A stretch of 32,000 nt of DNA, taken from positions 2,514,788 through 2,546,787 of the forward strand of contig NZ_CP064786.1 of the NCBI RefSeq assembly GCF_017094485.1, written 5' to 3'. Source of the stretch: Natranaeroarchaeum sulfidigenes (lineage in GTDB: Archaea; Halobacteriota; Halobacteria; Halobacteriales; Natronoarchaeaceae). Positions 9,306 through 18,652 of the stretch are shown piece by piece. Under the pieces are notes generated by a model, which saw only the letters and a list, made by a program, of their open reading frames with translations, did not search any database and was not told the origin of the DNA. A program made the translations under genes and the position numbers. How positions within the stretch are numbered: position 1 is the first letter of the stretch; every line of letters begins with the position of its first letter.

Positions 9306-11399
9306 ATGAGCAACGACGAGTTTCCGACGGACAGTCCTGCAGTGGTGACCTGCGGGCTGCCGTACGCCAACGGCGACCTGCATATCGGTCACCTGCGCGG
9401 GTATATCGGCGCTGACGCGTTCAACCGAAGTCTACAGACGCTGGGCCAGCAGTCGGCGTACGTCTGCGGATCGGACATGCACGGCACGCCGGTCGCGGTC
9501 AACGCCGAGAAGGAAGGTGTCGATCCCAAGACGTTCGCGCTGGAGTGGCACGAACAGTACGAGGAGACGTTTCCGAAGTTCAACGTCGATTTCGACAACT
9601 ACGGCCACACCCACGACGAGACGAACACCGAGTTGACTCAGGAGATCGTCCAAACCCTCGACGAGAACGGTTACATCTACGAGAAAGAGATTCAGGTCGC
9701 GTACGATCCCGACGCCGACCAGTATCTCCCGGATCGATACGTCGTCGGGACCTGCCCCTACTGCGGCGAAAAGGCTCGCGGCGACGAGTGCGACGAGGGC
9801 TGTCAGCGCCACCTCGAACCGGGTGAGGTCGAGGACCCTCGAAGTTCGATCACCGACAACCCCGCGGAGTACCGCGAGCGCACCCACAAGTTCTTCGAGG
9901 TTTCCGAATTTGCCGACTACCTCACTGACTTTCTCGACACCCTGGAAGGGACGTCGAACGCACGCAACCAGCCGCGCCAGTGGATCGAGGACGGCCTGCA
10001 GGACTGGTGTATCACCCGAGACATGGACTGGGGGATCGACTATCCCGAAAACGGGGGGGCCGATAAAGACGACGGTGACGACCTGGTACTGTACGTCTGG
10101 GTGGATGCACCGATCGAGTATATCGCCTCCACCAAGCAGTACAGCGAACGCGTCGGCAGCGACGAGTACGATTGGGAACAGGTCTGGAGGGAAAATGGCG
10201 ATATCGTCCACGTGATCGGCCGGGACATCATCCAGCACCACGCGATCTTCTGGCCGGCGATGCTCGAAGGAGCGGGCTACAACGCACCGCGCGGGATCGC
10301 CGCAACCGGCTTCATCACGATCAACGGAAAGGGCCTGTCGACGAGCCGGAACCGTGCAATCTGGGCCAAAGAATACCTCGACGAGGGGTTCCATCCCGAC
10401 CTCCTGCGGTACTATCTGACGACGACCGGCGGCCTCCAGCAGGACGTCGACTTCTCGTGGGACGCCTTCCGGGAGAAGGTCAACGGCGAGCTTGTGGGCA
10501 ACGTCGGGAACTTCCTCTACCGGAGTCTCCTGTTTGCGTACCGGAACTACGAGGGAACACCCGACGCGGACGTCTCCGCCGAGGTCGAAGAGCGCATCAA
10601 AGACGCCATCGAGGCGTTCCGGGCTGGCGTCAACGACTATTCGCTACGGGCGGTCGCCACCGCGACGCTCGAACTGACGAAGTTCGGCAACGAGTACATC
10701 CAGCGCAACGAGCCCTGGAACCTCGTCGACGACGATCCAGAAGAGGCTGCACAGGTCATCCGCGACTGCGTCCAGATCGCGAAGGCGACCGCCGTGCTGT
10801 TCGAGCCGATCGCCCCCGGCAAGGCCCAGCAAATCTGGGAACAGCTGGGAGAAGCGGGGACGGTCGCAGACGCAGAACTCGAGGACGCGCTCGCTTCCCC
10901 GCCCCGAGAATTCGACGAACCCGACGAACTGTTCGGCAAGATCGAGGACGACCGCGTCGCCGAACTCAACGAGAAACTCGACGAGCGTATCGGAGCAGCA
11001 ACGGACGAGGTGGCGGACGACGAGGAAGACAACGACGACGCGAGCGAGGACGATGTCACCGATGTAAAGCCAGTCCTCGACGACCGGATCAGCTTCGAGG
11101 AATTCCAGGACCTCGACATGCGAGTCGGCCGGATCGAGAGCGCCGAGGGTATCGACGGCGCAGACGAGTTGCTCCGCCTCGAAGTAGACATCGGCGTCGA
11201 GACGCGCCAGATCGTTGCGGGTCTGAAACAGCTTCACGAGGTAGACGAGCTGCCAGGGACGACGGTGATCGTGATGGCAAACCTGGAGCAGGCCGAGTTA
11301 TTCGGCGTCGAGAGCAACGGAATGGTGCTTGCAGCAGGCGAGCAGGCTGATCTGCTGACGACTCATGAAAACGCCAGGCCGGGAACAAAAGTGCAGTAG
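9306..11399 (+). CDS. metG: Methionyl-tRNA synthetase with C-terminal EMAPII/tRNA-binding domain
   Basis: CGLPYANGDLHIGHLRGYIGAD, CPYCGEKARGDECDEGC zinc knuckle, ITINGKGLSTSRN (KMSKS-equivalent), and C-terminal FQDLDMRVGRIESAEGIDGADELLRLEVDIG tRNA-binding domain behind an acidic linker. Confidence 0.95.
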   Translation: MSNDEFPTDSPAVVTCGLPYANGDLHIGHLRGYIGADAFNRSLQTLGQQSAYVCGSDMHGTPVAVNAEKEGVDPKTFALEWHEQYEETFPKFNVDFDNYGHTHDETNTELTQEIVQTLDENGYIYEKEIQVAYDPDADQYLPDRYVVGTCPYCGEKARGDECDEGCQRHLEPGEVEDPRSSITDNPAEYRERTHKFFEVSEFADYLTDFLDTLEGTSNARNQPRQWIEDGLQDWCITRDMDWGIDYPENGGADKDDGDDLVLYVWVDAPIEYIASTKQYSERVGSDEYDWEQVWRENGDIVHVIGRDIIQHHAIFWPAMLEGAGYNAPRGIAATGFITINGKGLSTSRNRAIWAKEYLDEGFHPDLLRYYLTTTGGLQQDVDFSWDAFREKVNGELVGNVGNFLYRSLLFAYRNYEGTPDADVSAEVEERIKDAIEAFRAGVNDYSLRAVATATLELTKFGNEYIQRNEPWNLVDDDPEEAAQVIRDCVQIAKATAVLFEPIAPGKAQQIWEQLGEAGTVADAELEDALASPPREFDEPDELFGKIEDDRVAELNEKLDERIGAATDEVADDEEDNDDASEDDVTDVKPVLDDRISFEEFQDLDMRVGRIESAEGIDGADELLRLEVDIGVETRQIVAGLKQLHEVDELPGTTVIVMANLEQAELFGVESNGMVLAAGEQADLLTTHENARPGTKVQ

Positions 11400-11449
11400 T
11401 CCGACGAGAGACTCGCTATGTTTTAGGGGAGACGCTCGAAACAGGGTAT

Positions 11450-11824
11450 ATGGGTCAACCGAGTTCCGCCCTTCCCACGTGGTGTGAGGGGGACAACTGG
11501 TGTCCGATGGAGTCGACGGCCGCGATCATCGGCAAGAAGTGGCACCCCGTCATCGTCCACACGTTACTGGAGAACGGGCCGCTCGGCTTCAATGCCCTGC
11601 AACGAAACCTGGGAAGCATCTCCTCGAAAGTCCTTTCGGAGAGCCTCGAAGACATGGAGGAAAAACACCTCCTCGAACGACGGGTTATCAGCGAGACGCC
11701 GTTCCGGGTCGAGTACGCGCTCACCGAGCACGGCGAATCGCTCGAGCCGGTGATCGATGCGATGACAGAGTGGGGCGAGGCGTATCTCGAAGAGGCCACA
11801 GAGCCCGCCGAATCGATCGTGTAG
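11450..11824 (+). CDS. HxlR family transcriptional regulator with N-terminal Cys
   Basis: WCPMESTAAIIGKKWHPVIVHTLLENGPLGFNALQRNLGSISSKVLSESLEDMEEKHLLERRVI...YALTEHGESLEPVIDAMTEWG. Confidence 0.88.
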   Translation: MGQPSSALPTWCEGDNWCPMESTAAIIGKKWHPVIVHTLLENGPLGFNALQRNLGSISSKVLSESLEDMEEKHLLERRVISETPFRVEYALTEHGESLEPVIDAMTEWGEAYLEEATEPAESIV

Positions 11825-11882
11825 TCGCCGCTCTACGGGCGTGGTCGGAACGTAAAAGTGTGCGCCGCGCAGTTTCCCTTCT

Positions 11883-12797
11883 ATGATCGATACGCTACTC
11901 GGACGCGCTGGCCTCAAAGAGCGTATTCACGAGCTAGAAGCCGAGCTAGCCGAGCTCGAAGAGGAACGCGACGGGCTGCGAGAGCAACTCGACGCCGCGG
12001 AGGAGCGGCGTGCCGACGCAGTCAGTGACCGGCAGGACGCGCAAGAACGGGTCAACCGGCTGGAGGACAAGGTAACACAGCTCGAAGATACGGTCGAACG
12101 ACTCCGGGACGAGGACAGCGAGATCTCGTTTCGTTCGGTCGACGACGTGCAAGGGGGGCGTCTGGCTGGAGTACTCGATCGTCTGGAGAGCTTCGAGACG
12201 GACGAGGAAGGAGTCTTTACAGCGATGGTGGACCGCCATGCCTCAGCGACGACGCGGGATGCCTTCGGTGAGCGAACGGCGCTCGTCGAGCGCGCCAGCC
12301 CCTGTCTGGCGATCACCGACGACGAGGGGCTGCTGAGCGTCGCGTTGCGTCCCCCTGTTGCCCCCGAGCCGTTCGAGCGGTGGGGTGAGCGCGTCGAGAT
12401 CGACCGCGAATGGTTCCGACCGACCGGCCGATACGCGGTGGCGCTCGTCCGGGCCGATCTGTTCGCACTCGGCGAGTACACGGGCGACGAGCAGCTATCG
12501 GCCAGCGGCTTCCGGACGGACGTGAAAGGCGATCACTCGAAGGGCGGCTACTCGCAGGCCCGCTTCGAGCGGCTCCGGGAAGAGCAGGTGCGTCGGCATC
12601 TGAACAAATGTCGAGAAAAGATCCAGGAACGGTCCGCAGATAGACTGTTCTTGCTCGGCGACGCCGAAGCGATCGACCGGCTAGAGGCGGACGTCGACCC
12701 CGCTGCAACGGGGACGGTGGACGCATCCGGCAAGCCCAAGCCAGCCCTGAAGAACGCAGTTCAGGAGTTTTTCACGGTCCGAATGTACACGCTGTGA
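11883..12797 (+). CDS. Vms1/Ankzf1-like (VLRF1/eRF1-like domain) protein, candidate peptidyl-tRNA hydrolase
   Basis: N-terminal coiled coil (LKERIHELEAELAELEEERDGLREQLDAAEERR...) followed by an eRF1-like region with KGDHSKGGYSQARFERLREEQVRRHLNKCREKI and DRLFLLGDAEAIDRL. Confidence 0.78.
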   Translation: MIDTLLGRAGLKERIHELEAELAELEEERDGLREQLDAAEERRADAVSDRQDAQERVNRLEDKVTQLEDTVERLRDEDSEISFRSVDDVQGGRLAGVLDRLESFETDEEGVFTAMVDRHASATTRDAFGERTALVERASPCLAITDDEGLLSVALRPPVAPEPFERWGERVEIDREWFRPTGRYAVALVRADLFALGEYTGDEQLSASGFRTDVKGDHSKGGYSQARFERLREEQVRRHLNKCREKIQERSADRLFLLGDAEAIDRLEADVDPAATGTVDASGKPKPALKNAVQEFFTVRMYTL

Positions 12798-12842
12798 CAT
12801 CGGGTGTCGGAGCGTACGCTGAATATTCAACAATGACCGCTG

Positions 12843-15308
12843 TCAGTCGTCCGTTCCGGACGACATGGTACCGGCCGCCGTCTCGGCCACGGTCACCGCC
12901 GCCGCGTTCTCGGCGACGTCGTGCACGCGAACGATATCTACACCGCGCTCGGTCGCAAGCGTCGTTCCGGCGATCGTCGACGGCAGGCGCTCGTCGGCGT
13001 CTTGGCCGGACAGCGCGAACATCGACTTGTGCGAATGGCCGACCATGATCGGACAACCAAGCGCGGCGAGTTCGTCACACCGGTCCAGTAGCTCGAAGCT
13101 TTCCGCCGAACTTTTTCCGAAGCCCAGTCCGGGATCGACAACGATCTGCTCGCGGTCGAGCCCTGCTTTCTCGGCGAGCAGGACGCGTTCTGCGAGCTGG
13201 TCGATCACGTCCTCGACGACGTCGTCGTACTCGATTTCGGTGTCGGGATCGACCGGCGCGTCAACGCTGTGCATGACGACGAGGGCAGCGTCGTGCTCGG
13301 CGGCGACAAAGCGCATCTCTGGATCTTCGAGGCCGGACACGTCGTTGATAATGTCCGCACCCGCCTCGACGGCGGCCCGGGCAACCTCGGCTTTGCGGGT
13401 GTCCACGGAGATCATCGCATCCAGGTCGGCGATTGCCTCTATCACCGGGACGACGCGATCTATCTCCTCGTCGACGCTCACCGGCTCGGCACCGGGACGT
13501 GTGCTCTCGCCGCCCACGTCGAGGATCGCCGCGCCGTTTGCGACCATCCGCTCGGCGCGCTCGCGGGCCTCGGCGACGGCGTTGTACTCGCCCCCATCGT
13601 GAAAGCTATCCGGCGTGATGTTGAGGATGCCCATCACGGCGGTCCCGTCGTCCCACGGGTAGCCGGAGTCGGGCTCGGCCGTACGGATCCCCAGAGTCTC
13701 GCGGATCTCCTCGCCGACGACCGAGAGGCCGTAGGGCTGTCCGTCGAGTTTGTCCACGAGCCGGTTGAACTGGGCCATCGTCGCCATCATCACGACGTCG
13801 ATGATAACGTCGTCCTGATCGTTCAGCCCGGAAAGGGCACACTCGCCGCCGAGGCTGAGCAGTTCCTCCTTGAGATACTGGGCCTGTCGCTTCTGTACGC
13901 GGGTTTTGAGCACGCGGTGGACTCCTTTGCCGCGCATCCGCCAGACGCCCGGATCGGTGACGTGGGCGTCCGAGAGGACCGCGCGGGCATCGTTTATCTC
14001 CTCGACTCGTTTTGGCACCTGCAAGCGCGTCCATCGCGTCCGGGCCTCGGCGACTGTAAAGAGCGAGCCAGTAACGAGCACGCAGTCGTCGGCGTCGGCC
14101 TCGCGCAGCGCTCGCGAGAGCGCGCCCTCGACGGAGTTGTTCGTGACGACCTCCTCGGCCCCGCTGGCCTCGAACACACGCGCAAGTACGGCCTCGTCCT
14201 CGGCACGGTCCAGATCGGGCTGACACGCCACGACGCGATCGGCAGTGGGGAGCGTGTCGGCCATAGCGCGGTGGTCCTTGTCGTGCATCGCACCGAAGAC
14301 GAGATGGAGGTCGTCGTACTCGAACTCCGTCAGGACCTCCGCGATCCGCTCGCAGGCACCAGGGTTGTGTGCGCCGTCCAGCACGGTCAGGGGCTCCTGC
14401 TCCACGACCTCGAACCGGCCGGGCCAGTGCGAGCGCCGGAGGCCGGTCTCGATCGTGGTTTCGGCGAGGTCGCCCCCCTGCTCGTCGATGACGTGCCGGG
14501 CGAGCGTCGCCGCGATGGCCGCGTTCTCGGACTGGTGGGCACCCAGTGTCGGGAGCCGCGTGTCGACTGACCAGTCCGGCCCCTCGATTCCGATTGCGGC
14601 TTCGGTGTGATTCGTCCGGCCACCGTAGGTCGGTACGACATCGCCGCCCGCGCCGACGGTGACGACCTCACCAGCAATCGAGCGGACCGCGTCGAGCGCT
14701 ACACCGTCGACGCCCGTGACCAGTGGCGCATCGGCGGGTGCGACGTGTGCTTTGTCCTGTGCGATCTCCTCGATTGTATCGCCGAGGACGCCGGTGTGTT
14801 CCAGCGTGACGGAGGTGACTGCGCTGGCGACCGGATCGACGACGCTCGTGGCATCTTTCTTGCCGCCGATGCCGACCTCCAGCACGACGACGTCGACGCC
14901 CTCGCGGGCGAACTGCCAGAGCGCCATCGCCGTCGTCGCCTCGAAGAAAGTGGGAGAGATCCCCTCAGCACCTCGGTCGCGGACGTGCCCCTCGACGTGC
15001 TCGACGAACTCGCAGACGGCCGCTTTCGGGATCTTGCGCCCGTCGACGCGAATGCGTTCGCGCAGGTCCTCCAGATGTGGCGACGTAAAGAGTCCGACGG
15101 TGAGACCGGCCTCCCGGAGGATCGACTCCGTCATTCGGGCCGTGCTGCCCTTGCCGTTCGAGCCAGCGACCTGCACGCAGTCGAGATCGTCGTGTGGGTC
15201 GTCCAGTGCGGCGAGCAGATCCGCGGTCGACTCGATCCCTGGGCGTGGACCGAACCGACGCAGATCGTAGAGGAAGTTCGCCGCGTCGTGGAACTTCATA
15301 CGAAACAC
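12843..15308 (-). CDS. folCP: Bifunctional folylpolyglutamate/dihydrofolate synthase - dihydropteroate synthase fusion
   Basis: FolC part (VQVAGSNGKGSTARMTESIL, LDGAHNPGACERI) and FolP part (GILNITPDSFHDGG, ILDVGGESTRPGAEPV, VVDPGLGFGKSSAESF) in one 821-aa frame. The FolC-FolP fusion is known in haloarchaea. Confidence 0.93.
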   Translation of the reverse strand: MFRMKFHDAANFLYDLRRFGPRPGIESTADLLAALDDPHDDLDCVQVAGSNGKGSTARMTESILREAGLTVGLFTSPHLEDLRERIRVDGRKIPKAAVCEFVEHVEGHVRDRGAEGISPTFFEATTAMALWQFAREGVDVVVLEVGIGGKKDATSVVDPVASAVTSVTLEHTGVLGDTIEEIAQDKAHVAPADAPLVTGVDGVALDAVRSIAGEVVTVGAGGDVVPTYGGRTNHTEAAIGIEGPDWSVDTRLPTLGAHQSENAAIAATLARHVIDEQGGDLAETTIETGLRRSHWPGRFEVVEQEPLTVLDGAHNPGACERIAEVLTEFEYDDLHLVFGAMHDKDHRAMADTLPTADRVVACQPDLDRAEDEAVLARVFEASGAEEVVTNNSVEGALSRALREADADDCVLVTGSLFTVAEARTRWTRLQVPKRVEEINDARAVLSDAHVTDPGVWRMRGKGVHRVLKTRVQKRQAQYLKEELLSLGGECALSGLNDQDDVIIDVVMMATMAQFNRLVDKLDGQPYGLSVVGEEIRETLGIRTAEPDSGYPWDDGTAVMGILNITPDSFHDGGEYNAVAEARERAERMVANGAAILDVGGESTRPGAEPVSVDEEIDRVVPVIEAIADLDAMISVDTRKAEVARAAVEAGADIINDVSGLEDPEMRFVAAEHDAALVVMHSVDAPVDPDTEIEYDDVVEDVIDQLAERVLLAEKAGLDREQIVVDPGLGFGKSSAESFELLDRCDELAALGCPIMVGHSHKSMFALSGQDADERLPSTIAGTTLATERGVDIVRVHDVAENAAAVTVAETAAGTMSSGTDD

Positions 15309-15343
15309 GTCCCGTGCCGTGCGCTTTAGACTGTCGGATGGCG

Positions 15344-15772
15344 CTACTCGATCCGGGCGTACACGACGTAGTACGCGATTACGAGCACGATCAGCAGGAG
15401 GGCAAAGGCCGTCGCGGCGACGAGCGCGTCGTCGGTAGTCGCGAAGTCGTCGAGCCGGAAGCTGATGATCTCCCGGGCCACGGCGATGATTGCCGCACCG
15501 ATGACCGTGCGGACGACCGGTCCGTCACGGACGTACGCCAGCAGCGTTCGGTGGACCTCGACGATGATCAACAACAGCAACACGGTATCGAGCAACCGGA
15601 CCAGCGCGACCGGTTCGGTGAACTGGCCCGTCACGAACAACTCGTACAGGCCGATCAGGATGTCGAAAACGCCGACCAGAAACAGAATCAACAGGACGTA
15701 AGCGGTCGCGAGGACCAGCCAGTCCATCGCCGTCTGGCTCGGAGCAGAAAGCTGTCGCAACCGGTTTCCCAT
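15344..15772 (-). CDS. PsiE-like (phosphate-starvation-inducible) membrane protein
   Basis: Four TM segments with LLDTVLLLLIIVEVHRTLLAYV and VIGAAIIAVAREIISF, typical of the PsiE family; CAT at 15770-15772 is the preferred start. Confidence 0.75.
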   Translation of the reverse strand: MGNRLRQLSAPSQTAMDWLVLATAYVLLILFLVGVFDILIGLYELFVTGQFTEPVALVRLLDTVLLLLIIVEVHRTLLAYVRDGPVVRTVIGAAIIAVAREIISFRLDDFATTDDALVAATAFALLLIVLVIAYYVVYARIE

Positions 15773-15917
15773 ACACGTGGAATGACCTGTCGGGTAAAAA
15801 AACGAATCCCTGACGAGCCCGTTCGTCCGGGTGCGTTCCTCCTTGCCAGCCACTCTCCGGCCCGACGCCCGACCCACATCTCGAATTCTGAACGGTTGAA
15901 CAGGAGGGACTCGCGGG

Positions 15918-15927
15918 TTTTATATTT
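15918..15927 (+). promoter_or_regulatory. TATA-box candidate for the aconitase gene
   Basis: TTTTATATTT about 25-34 nt upstream of the ATG at 15952, compatible with a leaderless or near-leaderless haloarchaeal transcript. Confidence 0.6.
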
Positions 15928-15951
15928 GAGGAAAGACGATATCCGCGCGCT

Positions 15952-17919
15952 ATGGGAAAAACACTAACAGAGAAGATCCTCGATGATCACCTCGTCGAAG
16001 GCGAGCTGACGCCCGGCGAGGAGATCGGTATCGAGATCGATCAGGTTCTCACTCAGGATACTACCGGGACGATGGTCTGGCTGCAGTTCGAGGCGATGGG
16101 CCTGGAGGAGGTCCAGACCGAGATTGCCGCCCAGTACTGTGACCACCAGACCTATCAGTTCGACTTCAAGAATACGGACGACCACCGCTTCCTGCGCTCT
16201 GCAGCCGGTACTTTTGGGGCACACTTCTCCCGCCCCGGCAACGGTATCTGCCACAACGTCCACCGCGAGAACTTCGCGGCCCCCGGCAAGACGATGCTGG
16301 GTTCGGACTCTCACACCCCGACGCCCGGCGGGCTCGGCGAGCTTGCCATCGGTGCAGGTGGGATCGACGTCACCGTCGCGATGGGTGGCGCACCGTACTA
16401 CATCGAGATGCCGGAAGTCGTCAGCGTTCGACTCGAGGGTGAACTCCCCGAGTGGGCAACCGCGAAAGACGTCATCCTCGAGCTGCTCCGACGTCTCTCC
16501 GTGAAGGGTGGCGTCGGAAAGATCCTCGAGTACACCGGTCCGGGCGTCGAGACGCTCACCGCTCCCGAGCGCATGACGATCACCAACATGGGCACGGAGC
16601 TCGGTGCGACCTCCTCGATCTTCCCGACCGACGAGCAGACGAAAGACTACCTCGAACGCGTTGGCCGCGGCGAGGAGTACGTTGAGCTCCAGCCCGACGA
16701 CGACGCCGAGTATCACGACGAGATTGTCGTCGATCTCTCTGATCTGGAACCGCTCATCGCACAGCCCTCGATGCCCGACAACGTCGTGCCCGTCAGCGAG
16801 GCCGCTGGCGAGGACGTCGAGCAGGTCATCGTCGGCTCCTGTACGAACGGCGGCTACGAGGACATCCTCCCCGTCGCGAAGATGCTGGAAGGCCGCGAGG
16901 TCTCTATGGAGACCGAGACCATCGTTGCACCCGGCTCCAAGCAGGCCTCCGAGATGCTCGCCCGGGAGGGATGGGTCGCCGAGATGATGGCGGCTGGCGT
17001 CAACTTCTCCGAGTCGACCTGTGGTGCCTGTATCGGTATCGGTCACGTGCCGGCGAGCGACTCCGTGTCGCTGCGGACCTTCAACCGCAACTTCGAGGGG
17101 CGTTCGGGTATCGAAGACGACAACGTCTACCTCTGTTCGCCCGAGGTCGCCGCCGCCGCGGCGCTCAAAGGCGAGATCGTCGATCCGCGTGAACTCGAGG
17201 ACGAGGGCATCGAGGCACCAGGCGTCGAACTGCCCGATCAGTACGACGGCTCCAAGACGGACCTCATCGCACCCGACGAGGCCGTCGACGACGAGCTCAT
17301 CAAGGGCCCCAACATCGGCGACGTGCCGCTGAAGGACGAACTCGACAGCGACCTCGCGGGTGAGGCGCTGCTCAAGATGGACGACAACATCACGACCGAC
17401 CACATCATTCCTGCGACCCAGGACATCCTGATGTACCGGTCGAACATCGACAAGCTCTCCGAGTTCACCCTCTCGCGTGTCGACGATACCTTCGCACAGC
17501 GAGCGGCCGACGCCGACGGCGGCTTCCTCGTCGCCGGCGAGAACTACGGGCAGGGCTCCTCGCGCGAACACGCCGCCATGTGCCCGATGTATCTGGGCAT
17601 CGACGGCGTGCTCGCACAGAGCTTCGCACGGATCCACCGCGCGAACCTGTTTAACTTCGGGCTCGTTCCGCTGATCATCGACGAAGACACCTACGAGAAG
17701 ATCAACCAGGGCGACGACATCGAGATCGTCGACGACGTCCGCGAGGGCGTCGAGAGCGGACAGGAGGAGTTCACCGTCCGCGTCAACGACGACTGGGAAG
17801 CGACCGCACAGCTCAAAGCCTCCCGGCGCGAGCGCGACATGCTCTCGCTGGGCGGCAAGCTCCCGTGGACGAAACAGCAAGCCGAAGGCGGCGACAGTCC
17901 CGCTCCCGCGGACGACTGA
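15952..17919 (+). CDS. acn: Aconitate hydratase
   Basis: GSDSHTPTPGGLGELAIGAGGIDVTVAM, VIVGSCTNGGYEDI, STCGACIGIGHVP and GENYGQGSSREHAAMCPMYLGI; 655 aa. Confidence 0.93.
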   Translation: MGKTLTEKILDDHLVEGELTPGEEIGIEIDQVLTQDTTGTMVWLQFEAMGLEEVQTEIAAQYCDHQTYQFDFKNTDDHRFLRSAAGTFGAHFSRPGNGICHNVHRENFAAPGKTMLGSDSHTPTPGGLGELAIGAGGIDVTVAMGGAPYYIEMPEVVSVRLEGELPEWATAKDVILELLRRLSVKGGVGKILEYTGPGVETLTAPERMTITNMGTELGATSSIFPTDEQTKDYLERVGRGEEYVELQPDDDAEYHDEIVVDLSDLEPLIAQPSMPDNVVPVSEAAGEDVEQVIVGSCTNGGYEDILPVAKMLEGREVSMETETIVAPGSKQASEMLAREGWVAEMMAAGVNFSESTCGACIGIGHVPASDSVSLRTFNRNFEGRSGIEDDNVYLCSPEVAAAAALKGEIVDPRELEDEGIEAPGVELPDQYDGSKTDLIAPDEAVDDELIKGPNIGDVPLKDELDSDLAGEALLKMDDNITTDHIIPATQDILMYRSNIDKLSEFTLSRVDDTFAQRAADADGGFLVAGENYGQGSSREHAAMCPMYLGIDGVLAQSFARIHRANLFNFGLVPLIIDEDTYEKINQGDDIEIVDDVREGVESGQEEFTVRVNDDWEATAQLKASRRERDMLSLGGKLPWTKQQAEGGDSPAPADD

Positions 17920-17937
17920 ATCGATATTCGGAACAGA

Positions 17938-17944
17938 TTTTTTT
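17938..17944 (+). terminator. T7 tract downstream of aconitase
   Basis: TTTTTTT starting about 19 nt after the aconitase stop codon; archaeal termination often uses U-tracts. Confidence 0.5.
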
Positions 17945-17964
17945 GCTGTCGACGCACGAGCGGC

Positions 17965-18579
17965 GTGTCTGTTGATTGTCAAATCACTGATGGCCAGCCG
18001 TCCGAGCGCTCTGCAAGGATAGAGCTTAACGACCCGAGGCGCGTAGCCGAGGTAGTGACCGTCACATCGAGGGACGTGCCGTCCGATGTCCGAATACGAC
18101 AGGCCGAGCGTGCGGATCTGCTCGCCGTTTACCGCATCGAGAAGACCTCATTTGGGAGCCCGTGGCCGTTCGAGGCGTTCGAGCGACAGCTCTCCGAGCC
18201 GGGCTTTCTCGTCGCCGTCGATGACGAGGAGACCGGCGAGACCATCGACACGGCAGCCGTCATCGGTTTCGTCGTTGCGGATCTCGTGCCGAATCACGGC
18301 CAGCCGCTGGGGCACATCAAGGACCTGGCAGTCCATCCCAAGTACCGGGGAAAGGGGGTCGGGACGGCACTGCTTCGACGCGGACTGGACGCGCTGTACG
18401 AGCAGTCGGTTCGCTCGGTAAAGCTCGAAGTTCGGGAGAGCAATGAGGGCGCACGTCGGCTTTACAGCAGGTTCGGGTTTCAGCCGCTGCGGCGCATCCC
18501 ACGATACTATGACGACGGCGAGGACGCGATCATCATGGTCCTGTCGCGCAAGGACCGCACCGGACAGACGAACGACTGA
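17965..18579 (+). CDS. rimI: RimI-type ribosomal protein alanine N-acetyltransferase (start uncertain)
   Basis: DLLAVYRIEKTSFGSPWPFEAFERQL...GFLVA...GHIKDLAVHPKYRGKGVGTALLRRGLDAL...LEVRESNEGARRLYSRFGFQPLRRIPRYY. The true start may be a downstream GTG near 18058. Confidence 0.85.
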   Translation: MSVDCQITDGQPSERSARIELNDPRRVAEVVTVTSRDVPSDVRIRQAERADLLAVYRIEKTSFGSPWPFEAFERQLSEPGFLVAVDDEETGETIDTAAVIGFVVADLVPNHGQPLGHIKDLAVHPKYRGKGVGTALLRRGLDALYEQSVRSVKLEVRESNEGARRLYSRFGFQPLRRIPRYYDDGEDAIIMVLSRKDRTGQTND

Positions 18580-18652
18580 CGCCCGCCAACGTGAGCTCCA
18601 TCCCGCAACCGGACGCGCTAGTCTTTTCCACCTGACCCGCCAACCCACGCCC

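Noticed and set aside
9432-10394. 320-aa minus-strand ORF and 392-aa plus-strand alternative frame (10172-11350) within metG
   Set aside because: Both are in the shadow of metG; the plus-strand alternative is extremely Arg/Gly-rich, a frame-shift artefact.
12822-12832. TGAATATTCA palindrome in the short gap between the Vms1-like gene and folCP
   Set aside because: A lone 10-bp palindrome in a 45-bp convergent gap with no T-tract or repeat partner; consistent with chance.
13269-14570. 433-aa plus-strand ORF opposite folCP
   Set aside because: Antisense artefact of the fusion gene; no recognisable motifs.
15964-17982. 672-aa open frame on the minus strand opposite the aconitase gene
   Set aside because: The sense strand encodes an unambiguous aconitase. 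The antisense frame has low-complexity, Arg/Val/Leu/Asp-rich translation typical of the codon-complement artefact in high-GC haloarchaeal DNA.
18443-18652. N-terminal extension of the DUF5810-type ORF back into rimI
   Set aside because: The translation upstream of MGYACPVC is Arg/Ser/Thr-rich and overlaps rimI out of frame; the internal ATG at 18653 is the natural start.
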